A stretch of DNA of 54,974 nucleotides, from positions 1-54,974 of the forward strand of contig CBFGJX010000019.1 of NCBI GenBank assembly GCA_965649225.1, given 5' to 3'. The stretch's first letter is position 1. Every line of letters starts with the position of its first letter. The DNA comes from a candidate division WOR-3 bacterium. GTDB taxonomy: Bacteria; Hydrothermota; Tepidihabitantia; Tepidihabitantales; Tepidihabitantaceae. The notes under the pieces were generated by a model that saw only the letters and a list, made by a program, of their open reading frames with translations, did not search any database and was not told where the DNA came from. Shown one piece after another: positions 46,565 through 54,974 of the stretch. The position numbers and the translations under genes were made by a program.

Positions 46565-47962
46565 ATGACGGAAGAGCAACAGAGTCGGACGGCGGCACTG
46601 CGCGAACTGCCGGCGGTCGATCGACTGCTTGCCGACGAAAGTCTGGCCAGTGTACTGCGGACAGTGCCGCGACGAATGGCGGTGCGCGCGATCCGGCAGT
46701 ATCTTGACCGCGTGCGGGAGCGGTTGGCCGCCGGCGGGGCCGGTTTCGACCCGGCCGAACTGAGCGAGCTGCTGCGGCGTGAGGCGCGGCCAACCTTGAC
46801 GCGGGCGGTGAATGCGCTGGGTGTGGTGCTGCATACCGGCCTGGGACGGGTGCCGCTGTCGCGGGCTGCGCAGGAAGCGCTGGCCGATGTTGCCGAACAC
46901 TACTGCAGTCTGGAGATTGACATTGAAACCGGAAGGCGGGGCAACCGTTACAGCCACGTTGAACCACTCTTGTGCGAGCTGACCGGTGCCGAAGCGGCGC
47001 TGGTTGTCAATAACAACTGTGCGGCGACACTGTTGATTCTCTCGGCGCTGGCGCGCGGCCGGGAGGTGATTGTTTCGCGGGGACAGCTGATTGAGATCGG
47101 CGGTTCGTTCCGGATTCCGGATGTGATGATGCAGAGCGGCTGTCGAATGGTCGAGGTCGGAACGACCAACCGGACGCATCTGCGCGACTATCGCAACGCG
47201 ATCACTGTCGACACGGCGCTGCTGCTGCGCGTTCACACATCGAACTACCGCATCACCGGTTTTACCAGAGAGGTGAGTCTGGAACAGCTGGTTGCGCTGG
47301 GGCAGGAGTTCAAGCTGCCGGTGGTCGATGACCTCGGTTCCGGGGCACTGGTGGACCTGGCAAAGTACGGACTGCCGCGTGAGCCGCTGGTGCAGGAGTC
47401 GATTGCGGCCGGAGCCGATGTCGTCTGTTTTTCCGGTGACAAACTCATCGGCGCCACCCAGGCCGGGATAATCGTCGGCCGCAAGAAGTATATCGACGTG
47501 ATGAAAAAGCATCCGCTGACCCGGGCTTTGCGCTGTGGCAAGCTGACCTACGCAGTGCTGGAGCGAACCCTGACGCTGTTTCTCGACGAGGAACAGGCGG
47601 TGCGTGAGCATGCGCTGTTTCAGATTCTGCTCAAGCCGGCGGCGACGATGCGGGCTGAGGCCCAGAGCTTGTTGCGGCGGGTGCGGTCGAAGCTGACAGG
47701 CCGCGCGGAACTTGCGGTTCGTACCGGCTCAGCCGAGGTGGGGGGCGGATCGCTGGCGACCCAGAGTATCGAGTCGGTGGTGGTGGCGGTACGTCCGGCA
47801 GCGATTGGAGTGGCCGAGCTGGCACGAAGGATGCGCCGATGGCGGCCGCCGGTTTTTGGCCGCATCGAGCACGACGAGTATGTCATTGACTTCCGGACTG
47901 TGCGCCGGGATGAAGTCCGAATGATCGCTGAGGCACTGCTGGCGGCGCTGGAAGCAGCATGA
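46565..47962 (+). CDS. selA: L-seryl-tRNA(Sec) selenium transferase
   Basis: NA.GVVLHT.LGR, VVNNN.AA, SRGQLIEIGGSFRIPDVM, EVGTTNRT, DLGSG and FSGDKL motifs. Confidence 0.95.
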   Translation: MTEEQQSRTAALRELPAVDRLLADESLASVLRTVPRRMAVRAIRQYLDRVRERLAAGGAGFDPAELSELLRREARPTLTRAVNALGVVLHTGLGRVPLSRAAQEALADVAEHYCSLEIDIETGRRGNRYSHVEPLLCELTGAEAALVVNNNCAATLLILSALARGREVIVSRGQLIEIGGSFRIPDVMMQSGCRMVEVGTTNRTHLRDYRNAITVDTALLLRVHTSNYRITGFTREVSLEQLVALGQEFKLPVVDDLGSGALVDLAKYGLPREPLVQESIAAGADVVCFSGDKLIGATQAGIIVGRKKYIDVMKKHPLTRALRCGKLTYAVLERTLTLFLDEEQAVREHALFQILLKPAATMRAEAQSLLRRVRSKLTGRAELAVRTGSAEVGGGSLATQSIESVVVAVRPAAIGVAELARRMRRWRPPVFGRIEHDEYVIDFRTVRRDEVRMIAEALLAALEAA

Positions 47963-49908
47963 AGACAGATTTGAAAGAGTTTGTCCGACCGGAACTGATA
48001 TTCGAACTACCGGCGGCCGAGTCGCCGCGGCAGGTGTTTGAGTTTGTTGCTGGCCGGCTGTCCCGGCTGGGGCTGGTGCCCGACAGCGCTGCGCTGATTG
48101 CCGAACTGGAGCGACGCGAAGCACAGGGTTCGACCGGCGTCGGGCACGGGCTGGCGCTGCCGCATGCTTTGCTTGAGGGGCCGGCGGCGCCGACAGTGGC
48201 GGTCGTGCGGCTGGCGCGGGGGCTGGCCTGGGGCGGGATCGACGACGAGCCGGTACGGCTGGTGGTGCTGATCGTTGCACCCAGTAACCAGCGTGACCGT
48301 TATCTGGAACTGCTGGCCGAACTGGCTCGGGCGCTGAATCAGCCAACGGTTCAAGCGGGGGTGCTGGCCGCCCGGGGGCCGGTGCAGATTGCCCGTGCGA
48401 TTGTCCGGCCGCACACTCTCGGCTGGCTCGACCGGCAGCAAAGGCTGATCTTCTATCTTGCCGCGCTTGGTTTCATTTTCGCACTCGCCAGTCGGGTTTT
48501 GCCGGCGATCGTCTTGCCCGCGACCGGTGCCTGGGCGGGTGAAGAGTTTGCCCGCCTCGCCGAGCCGGTCTGGCTGCTCAGGCAGGAACTGACGGTGACA
48601 CTGTTTTTCGGGATGGTGCTCGGAACGCTGTTGTTCTGGCGGTTCCGGGTGGCGATAGCAGCCGCTGCGCTTGGTATCCTGCTGATTGCCGGGGTGATGG
48701 ACCTCGAGACGACGGTCCGATTCATGTCCATTCCGACAATCCTGTTCATCATGTCGATGATGGTCATCGTCCGGTGGCTGGAAAACATCGGCGTTTTCCG
48801 CTACCTGGTGACCAAGGCAATCGAACAGGTCAGGGGCATTCCCTGGCTGTTGCTCTTGATGTTGATGGGTTTCTCGGTGCTGCTGGGCGGGTTCGCCGAC
48901 GAGGTCTCGGCAATCCTTGTCACGTTCGGGCTGGCCCAGGAGGTCGCGCGCCGGACAAAGACGCCACTGGTGCCTTACCTGCTGTGTCTGGTTTTTGCGA
49001 CCAACGTTGGCAGTGCCATCACGCTTGTCGGCAACCCCATCGGCGTCTACATCGCCTTCGCCGGCCGGCTCAGTTTTGAGGAGTTCCTGCGCTGGGCCAC
49101 GCCGGTGTCAGCCATTGCGGCGCTGCTGACAGCCGGTATCTGTCTGCTGCTGTATCGCCGGCAGTTTTTCGGCCGGCGGTATGACATCGATTTGCACGAC
49201 CTGGAGCGCGCAGCCGGCAACGTCGAGCCGGCCCGGCTGCGTACCGGTATCATTACCTTTGCAGTGGTGGTTCTGCTCGTCGCGGTGCACCGGCGGGTCG
49301 AGCTGGCCCTGCATCTGGCCGAGGGGACCGCACTCGTCGCCGAGGCGTTGATGGTCGTTGGTTTCATCGTGTTCTACGAGCAGGAGAAGGGACGGTTGCT
49401 GGTCGAGCGCGGCATCGACTGGTGGACGCTGTTGTTTTTCATGTTCCTTTTCGCCAATGCCGCCTGTCTGGAGTACACCGGGGTCACGGCCAAGCTGGGT
49501 TATGTGATGCTGCGGTTGTCGCAGTCACTGGCGGGCGTGACCGCCGCGCCGGCGGTGGTAACCAGCGTGACGACCGTGCTGATGCTGTGGTTCAGCGGAC
49601 TCACGTCCGGATTTGTTGACAACCTGCCGATAGTCGCGGCGCTGGTACCGGTCGTCAAGGACCTGGCCCGGGCCGGGCTGCCGCATGCCTCGATTCTGTG
49701 GTGGGCGCTCTTGTTTGGCGGCTGTTTTGGCGGTAACCTGACGGTCATTGGCTCGACAGCCAACCTCGTGGCGGTCGGCGCGTTCGAGAAGGCGTCGGGC
49801 AAGTCGATCCGGTTCGGGCAGTGGTTGAAGTATGGAGCGATCGTGACGGTGGTGTCGCTGCTTGTGGCCACGGCGGCACTGCTGCTGCAGGTCAAACTGG
49901 CCCCATAG
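47959..49908 (+). CDS. PTS EIIA(Ntr/Fru-type) domain fused to an ArsB/NhaD (IT superfamily) permease
   Basis: N-terminal RE..GSTGVG.GLALPHA; C-terminal ATNVGSA.TLVGNP, GFVDN.P and GGNLT.IGS.AN motifs. Confidence 0.85.
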   Translation: MKTDLKEFVRPELIFELPAAESPRQVFEFVAGRLSRLGLVPDSAALIAELERREAQGSTGVGHGLALPHALLEGPAAPTVAVVRLARGLAWGGIDDEPVRLVVLIVAPSNQRDRYLELLAELARALNQPTVQAGVLAARGPVQIARAIVRPHTLGWLDRQQRLIFYLAALGFIFALASRVLPAIVLPATGAWAGEEFARLAEPVWLLRQELTVTLFFGMVLGTLLFWRFRVAIAAAALGILLIAGVMDLETTVRFMSIPTILFIMSMMVIVRWLENIGVFRYLVTKAIEQVRGIPWLLLLMLMGFSVLLGGFADEVSAILVTFGLAQEVARRTKTPLVPYLLCLVFATNVGSAITLVGNPIGVYIAFAGRLSFEEFLRWATPVSAIAALLTAGICLLLYRRQFFGRRYDIDLHDLERAAGNVEPARLRTGIITFAVVVLLVAVHRRVELALHLAEGTALVAEALMVVGFIVFYEQEKGRLLVERGIDWWTLLFFMFLFANAACLEYTGVTAKLGYVMLRLSQSLAGVTAAPAVVTSVTTVLMLWFSGLTSGFVDNLPIVAALVPVVKDLARAGLPHASILWWALLFGGCFGGNLTVIGSTANLVAVGAFEKASGKSIRFGQWLKYGAIVTVVSLLVATAALLLQVKLAP

Positions 49909-49923
49909 GCGGAAGTTACCAAT

Positions 49924-50337
49924 ATGTTCAAGAAGATCCTCTACATCGTCAGCGAGAAACGGGAGGAGAAACACCTCGTGATGGACCTGGCCCGGGCCGG
50001 CGACAGCACCGTGCTTCTGAGCGCGCTGTTTGCCATCGGTTGCGGCCACGAGGTAACGACCGAGGGGGCGACCCGGCGCCGGGTCGTGCGCGAGGACCGT
50101 GAGCGCAAGTGCTGGCATGACCTCTACCGGCTCGAAGAAGAGTTCAAGGCCGCGGGTATCAAGTCGACGGTGATGGCGCGTGAGGGGGATGTTGATGACA
50201 TCCTCACGCTGGCACACAACACCGGCAGCGACCTTGTCGTTCTCAGCGCCGCCAGCCTGGCTGGCTCGAACTACCGGCTGCCCGACGAGTTCATTGCCGG
50301 TCTGCCCTGTCCGATTCTGCTCGTCAACGCGGGCTAG
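49924..50337 (+). CDS. Universal stress protein-like
   Basis: MFKKIL start, EG...D.IL..A.....DLVV and PCPILLV end. Confidence 0.8.
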   Translation: MFKKILYIVSEKREEKHLVMDLARAGDSTVLLSALFAIGCGHEVTTEGATRRRVVREDRERKCWHDLYRLEEEFKAAGIKSTVMAREGDVDDILTLAHNTGSDLVVLSAASLAGSNYRLPDEFIAGLPCPILLVNAG

Positions 50338-50382
50338 CCCGTGGACTCAAGCGAAATCACCGAACAAGAACGAGGTGGCCGG

Positions 50383-52320
50383 ATGCAGCGCATCCGGCCC
50401 GACCTGGTCATCGACCTGCCCGAGGCTTCCAGCCCCAGGGAGGTTTTTGCGGCCGTCGCCGAACGGCTGGCCCGGAGCGGTATCGTGGCTGATCCTGCGG
50501 CGCTGGTTCGGGCGCTGCTTGAACGCGAGGCTCAGGGCTCGACCGGGGTTGGCGGCGAGGTGGCGGTGCCGCACGCGCTGCTGCCGCTGGCGGTCAACAC
50601 CCCGATTGTGGCACTGGTCCGGGTGAGTTCCGGGATCGACTGGCACGCGGTTGACGGCCAGCCGGTGCGACTGATTGCGCTGATCGTCGCCGACGGCGCG
50701 GCCAGGCCGGCTTACCTGCAGACGCTGGCCGCGGTCGCCCGTGCTCTGGGCAACGAGCACCTGCGCCAGCTGCTGCTCAAAGCCCGCTCGACCGAGAAAA
50801 TGGCCCGGCTGCTGGAGCAATCGCCGACCGCCAGCCTCATCGAGCGCAGCCGCGGAGTCGTCCTGTTGCTGGCGGCAGTCGTCGCCGCTTACCTCGGTGG
50901 GCGGCTGCTGCTGCCCAGAATTGTCCTGCCACCGGGTGGTGTGTACGAACAGCTCGGTCTGCTGCGTTTCAACTCGGAGCCGTGGTTGTCCAGCCAGGCA
51001 CTGGTCGTCGCGGTGTTCTGCGGGATGATCGTCGGCACACTGCTGTTCTGGAAATACCGGTTGGCGGTTGTCGGCGTCGGGCTGAGTCTGCTGCTGCTGT
51101 CCCGGGTGATCGAGCTGCCGCACATGGTCGAATACATGTCGTTGCCGACGATCATCTTCGTGATGGCGATGATGGTGCTCATCAAGTGGGTGGAGGACAA
51201 GGGGCTGTTCAAGTTTGTCGTCGTGCAGGTGGTGCGGCGTGTCGGCGGCAAGCCCTGGCTGCTGCTTTTGATATTGATGGAGTTTTCGGTGCTGCTCAGC
51301 GGTTTTGTGGGTGAAGTGTCGGGTATACTGGTCACGTTCGGCCTGGCCGTGGAGATCGCCCGACGCACCAAGACCCCGGTGCTGCCTTACCTGCTGGCAC
51401 TGGTTTTCGCCACCAACATCGGCAGTGCCCTGACGCTGGTCGGCAATCCGATCGGCGTGTATCTTGCCTTCGTCGGGCAGTTGACTTTCGAAAGTTTCCT
51501 GCGCTGGGCGACGCCAATCGCACTGGTTACTTCGCTTGTCGTTGGCGCCTTGATACTGCTGTTGTTCAACAAGAGCCTCGCTGCCCGCGAAAAGCTGGAC
51601 CTGGCCGATTTCGAGCGGCTGGCCCAAGGGTTCAATCCGAAAGAACTGCGGCTGGGCGGCTTCACCTTTCTGGCCGTCGTGGTACTGATCATGTTTCACG
51701 CCCGTTTCGAGTCCCTGCTGGGACTGGGCGAGGGGACGATGCTGATGGTCGCGCCGCTGGGCGCGGTGGCTTTCATCATTTTCGTCGAGCAGGAGCGGGG
51801 CAAGCTGCTGCTGGCGCGCAGCATCGACTGGTGGACCCTGCTGTTTTTCATGTTTCTCTTCGCAAGCGCGGCCTGCCTCGAGCATACCGGAGTGACTACC
51901 AAGCTCGGTTATCTGCTCATGCAGGCGGCCGAACGTTCACCGCTCAACCGCTGGATGGGGGCCTCGGGCGTGACCGGTTCGGCGTTGATTCTGATGCTCT
52001 GGGGTTCGGGCATCGGGTCGGGATTCGTTGACAACATGCCGATTGTCGCGGCACTGGTACCGGTGGTGAAGTCGCTGCTGGCGGTGAAGCTGCCCCATGC
52101 TTCGATACTCTGGTGGGCGCTTTTGTTCGGCGGCTGCTTCGGCGGCAACCTGACGATGGTCGGTTCGAGCGCCAATCTGGTCGCGGTCGGGATGTACGAA
52201 CGGGTCAGCGGGCAGAGCGTCAGTTTCGGCGCCTGGTTCAAGACCGGGCTGATCGTGACCGTCGCGGCACTGGTCGCAGCCACCGCCGGTCTGCTGCTGC
52301 AGGTCGGGCTCGCTCCCTGA
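50383..52320 (+). CDS. Second PTS EIIA::ArsB/NhaD permease fusion (paralog of 47959-49908)
   Basis: REAQGSTGVGGEVAVPHA, ATNIGSALTLVGNP and GFVDNMP motifs; extensive identity with the first copy. Confidence 0.85.
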   Translation: MQRIRPDLVIDLPEASSPREVFAAVAERLARSGIVADPAALVRALLEREAQGSTGVGGEVAVPHALLPLAVNTPIVALVRVSSGIDWHAVDGQPVRLIALIVADGAARPAYLQTLAAVARALGNEHLRQLLLKARSTEKMARLLEQSPTASLIERSRGVVLLLAAVVAAYLGGRLLLPRIVLPPGGVYEQLGLLRFNSEPWLSSQALVVAVFCGMIVGTLLFWKYRLAVVGVGLSLLLLSRVIELPHMVEYMSLPTIIFVMAMMVLIKWVEDKGLFKFVVVQVVRRVGGKPWLLLLILMEFSVLLSGFVGEVSGILVTFGLAVEIARRTKTPVLPYLLALVFATNIGSALTLVGNPIGVYLAFVGQLTFESFLRWATPIALVTSLVVGALILLLFNKSLAAREKLDLADFERLAQGFNPKELRLGGFTFLAVVVLIMFHARFESLLGLGEGTMLMVAPLGAVAFIIFVEQERGKLLLARSIDWWTLLFFMFLFASAACLEHTGVTTKLGYLLMQAAERSPLNRWMGASGVTGSALILMLWGSGIGSGFVDNMPIVAALVPVVKSLLAVKLPHASILWWALLFGGCFGGNLTMVGSSANLVAVGMYERVSGQSVSFGAWFKTGLIVTVAALVAATAGLLLQVGLAP

Positions 52321-52328
52321 GACGACCC

Positions 52329-52856
52329 TTGACGGGCCAGCGCTTCGCAGTTGACGGTTACAACCTGATTCACAAGATTCCGGAGCTGAAAGCGCTGGTC
52401 GAGCAGGACCTTGAGCTGGCCCGGGAGCGGCTGGTCGGGATGCTGGCCGGTTATGCGGCCGGGCGAAGCATCGCCATCACGATTGTATTCGACGGCCGGC
52501 GCGGCAGTGCCGGAACCCGGGGCGACAGCCGGTCGGGGGTGCGGGTTGTCTTCGCCCGCGCCGATGCCGACAGCTACATCAAACAGCTGCTTGAGCGCGA
52601 GCGCAGCCCGAGGTCATGGACCGTGGTTACATCCGACAATTCCATCCGCCGCTACGTTGCCGACTACGGCGCAAAACTGCTTCGTTCCGAGGAATTCGCC
52701 CGGCAGCTGCTGCCTTCGGCGCCGGCACCGGTTCGTACCGGCCGCCGTGATGAGCGGCCGCTGAGTGCGGATGAGATCGCGGACTGGGAGCGGTGGTTCG
52801 CGGCCAACCGGCCAAGACCGGTTGACAGTCCGAAGCGCCGGCCTAAGATGCGCTAG
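52329..52856 (+). CDS. NYN domain protein (YacP/Rae1-like RNase)
   Basis: VDGYNLI, IVFDG, AD.YI and VVTSD motifs. Confidence 0.85.
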   Translation: MTGQRFAVDGYNLIHKIPELKALVEQDLELARERLVGMLAGYAAGRSIAITIVFDGRRGSAGTRGDSRSGVRVVFARADADSYIKQLLERERSPRSWTVVTSDNSIRRYVADYGAKLLRSEEFARQLLPSAPAPVRTGRRDERPLSADEIADWERWFAANRPRPVDSPKRRPKMR

Positions 52857-52896
52857 CGGGCGCCGGGCCCGCCGGTTGTAACGACGAGGAGGTCAG

Positions 52897-54974
52897 ATGT
52901 CACGCTTCATCGTGCTGTTTGTGCTTGCGGCAGGACTGGCCGCGGCGACGATCATCCGGGTTCCTTCCCAGCAACCAACGATCCAGGCCGGCCTGAACGC
53001 AGCGCTCGCCGGCGACACGGTGCTCGTCGCGCCCGGTAACTACAAAGAGAATCTTTCGTGGCCGGCACGCGACGGCATCAAGCTCTGGGGCGAGTACGGC
53101 CGCGACTCGACGAGGATCGACGGCGACTCGGCCGGCGCCTGCATTACCTTCTCTTCCGGCGTCGTCACGCGCGCCACTGAGGTCCGTGGCTTTACCATTA
53201 CCAAGGGCTGGCGCGGCATTTCCCTGACCGCGGGTGCGCCGACAATCGCCGATAACCGCATCACCGCCAACCGCGGTTCGCTTCAGGGCGCCGGGCTCTA
53301 CCTGAGCTGGAGCAATGCCGGGTTCAACCCACTCATCACCCGCAACGAAATCGACGGCAATGTCCACCGTGGCGATTCGGCCTCGGGCTACCGCTACGGC
53401 GGCGGCATCTACGTTTCCAACACCAACTCCACGGCGCGGCCGGAAATCTGCTTCAACTACATCCACCACGATACGGTTCACGTAATGCACCACAGCTACT
53501 CGCGGGGCGGCGGCATCTGGGCCGAAGGCGGCGTACTCATTTACGGCAACATCATCAGCGACAACGTTTGCAAGGCCACCGGCACTGGTGCCTGGGGCAA
53601 CTACACCTACGGTGGTGGCATCTACCTGACCGCGGCAAGCGCCAATGCCGTGCCGGTCGTATTCGGCAATCTCATTACCGGCAATCGCAGCGAGGCAAAC
53701 AGCTACGGCTTCGGCGGCGGCATCTACAACAACTGCAACAGCACTGCGGGCAATGCGCTCATCCTCGCCAACACCATTGCCGGCAACGTCTCGTCTTCCA
53801 CCAACTTTCCTCAGGGTGGGGGCTTCTACAACACCACCAACTGCAAGGCGACGCTGCAGAACAACATCATCGCCAATAACGTCGCCGGAAGTGGTGCGGG
53901 CATTTACAACAGCACCGGCACGACCCTGCAGCTGTCCTACAACGACTATTATAACAACTCGCTTTACAACTGTACGCCCGGGACCGGCGACATCACTGCC
54001 GACCCGCAGTTCGTTGCCGGTTTTCGACTGAGCCAGACCGCAGCGGGCCAGCCGACCACCAGCCCGTGCGTCGATGCCGGAGGGGTATTGCCGACCGGTA
54101 CCGGCCTTAACCTCGATTCGCTGGTGCACGCCTGGACGACGCGTACCGACAACGTACCTGATGCCGGTCTGCCCGATATGGGTTACCACTACGTGCCGCC
54201 CGAGCCAATCGCCGACGTCGGCGTGACCCATCTCCTTGCTCCCTCCGGCACGGTTGATTCGGGTGCGGTGGTGACGCCGGCCTGCTCGACGCGCAACTTC
54301 GGCACGGCTTCGGCCTCCTACTGGGTGAAGCTGCGCATCGAGCCGTCCTATCTGGAAAGCGTCTATGTCAATGCCCAGCCGGCAGGCAGCGCCTCGTATC
54401 TGACCTTTGCCGACTGGACCGCCTCGGCCCGGGGCAGCTTTGGGGTATCCTGCTCGACCGAGCTTTCCGGTGACGGCAACAACAGCAACGACCGGCAGAC
54501 CGGGACGGTGACGGTGCAGGTCAACGACGTTGGCTGCCGGCGGGTGCTGATGCCGGCCGGGCCGGTGCCGGTAGGCACGGTGGTGACGCCGGCCTGCTCG
54601 GTGTACAACTTCGGCACGACGGTGCCGACAAGCTACAACGTGCGGATGACGATCGGGTCGGTCTACAACCAGGTGATGCCGGTGGCCGGACACCTGCCCG
54701 GCACCTGGCAGCAGGTGAGCTTTCCGGACTGGGTTCCGGCAGAACCGGGCGAGTATCCGGTGGTGTGCTGCACCGAGCTGGCCGGGGATGCCAATCCGGG
54801 CAACGACTGCAGCTACGACACGGTGGCAGTGGAAGACACCGTCACCCCGCCTCAGCCCGGCTGGGCCGAGATAACCCAGGTCCCGCTCTCGCCCTCCGGC
54901 CGTGCGGTCAAAGACGGCGGTGCGATTGCCTGGGATGCCGGCACCGGTCTTCTCTATGTCCTCAAAGGCAACAA
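52897..54974 (+). CDS. Large secreted protein: right-handed beta-helix + CARDB-like Ig + start of Kelch-like propeller (3' end outside the window)
   Basis: Absent from the ORF track because no stop falls in the window. GAGGAGG RBS; MSRFIVLFVLAAGLAAATIIRVPSQQPTIQAGLNAALAGDTVLVAPGNYKEN; GGGIY repeats; ends ...PLSPSGRAVKDGG...LYVLKGN. Confidence 0.85.
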   Translation, partial: MSRFIVLFVLAAGLAAATIIRVPSQQPTIQAGLNAALAGDTVLVAPGNYKENLSWPARDGIKLWGEYGRDSTRIDGDSAGACITFSSGVVTRATEVRGFTITKGWRGISLTAGAPTIADNRITANRGSLQGAGLYLSWSNAGFNPLITRNEIDGNVHRGDSASGYRYGGGIYVSNTNSTARPEICFNYIHHDTVHVMHHSYSRGGGIWAEGGVLIYGNIISDNVCKATGTGAWGNYTYGGGIYLTAASANAVPVVFGNLITGNRSEANSYGFGGGIYNNCNSTAGNALILANTIAGNVSSSTNFPQGGGFYNTTNCKATLQNNIIANNVAGSGAGIYNSTGTTLQLSYNDYYNNSLYNCTPGTGDITADPQFVAGFRLSQTAAGQPTTSPCVDAGGVLPTGTGLNLDSLVHAWTTRTDNVPDAGLPDMGYHYVPPEPIADVGVTHLLAPSGTVDSGAVVTPACSTRNFGTASASYWVKLRIEPSYLESVYVNAQPAGSASYLTFADWTASARGSFGVSCSTELSGDGNNSNDRQTGTVTVQVNDVGCRRVLMPAGPVPVGTVVTPACSVYNFGTTVPTSYNVRMTIGSVYNQVMPVAGHLPGTWQQVSFPDWVPAEPGEYPVVCCTELAGDANPGNDCSYDTVAVEDTVTPPQPGWAEITQVPLSPSGRAVKDGGAIAWDAGTGLLYVLKGN

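Noticed and set aside
46514..46567. mcsB ending C-N-UGA in frame with selA (possible Sec read-through)
   Set aside because: In-frame spacing occurs by chance one time in three, selA has its own GGGAG SD, McsB is already full length, and there is no clean SECIS.
52900..54693. 597-aa minus-strand ORF and similar long antisense ORFs (e.g. 45746-47611, 50347-51885, 33326-34711)
   Set aside because: These are shadow frames of well-supported opposite-strand genes in high-GC DNA.
1..54974. CRISPR arrays, rRNA, tRNA, prophage or retron/DGR elements
   Set aside because: I saw no regularly spaced repeats, RNA gene signatures, phage genes or reverse transcriptase by eye; an automated scan was not possible.

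Overview
A GC-rich bacterial chromosomal segment, probably from candidate phylum WOR-3 (inferred from the large secreted proteins with 'LKGGNT.EFW'-type Kelch-like repeats and T9SS/FlgD-like C-terminal domains). The left part (1-18 kb) is accessory. It holds the right end of an IS3-family element, small membrane proteins, a fluoride riboswitch controlling a CPA2-type cation:proton antiporter, and an ArsR-led arsenic/thiol-redox operon (arsR-arsM-ccdA-Trx lipoprotein-2x ArsP-like permease-MTH895-type Trx-DGC protein, then a small Cys-rich lipoprotein and acr3). It also holds a macrodomain protein, a beta-propeller protein with an apparent ACG start, a UbiB/ABC1 kinase, a dif-like palindrome and gene debris. 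The right part is mostly housekeeping: Xaa-Pro peptidase, efp, a degenerate accC, comB, a TPR protein, ThiN, an S55 peptidase plus propeller protein, archease, iscS, lspA, a TackOD1/Mrr-like protein, pstSCABB, mltG, ruvX, lysS, lolC/E-lolD, mcsA-mcsB-selA, two PTS EIIA::ArsB/NhaD permease fusions flanking a USP, YacP, and a truncated secreted beta-helix protein. Top leads: (1) the Cys-rich ars-cluster lipoprotein has UGA-GGA-AUC-UAG followed by a SECIS-like hairpin, and selA is in the same window, so it may be a new selenoprotein; (2) selA is translationally coupled to tandem EIIA-permease fusions; (3) the two PstB subunits have complementary defects; (4) EF-P lacks the PGKG loop; (5) many genes appear leaderless. 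All calls come from manual motif recognition; no database searches were run.
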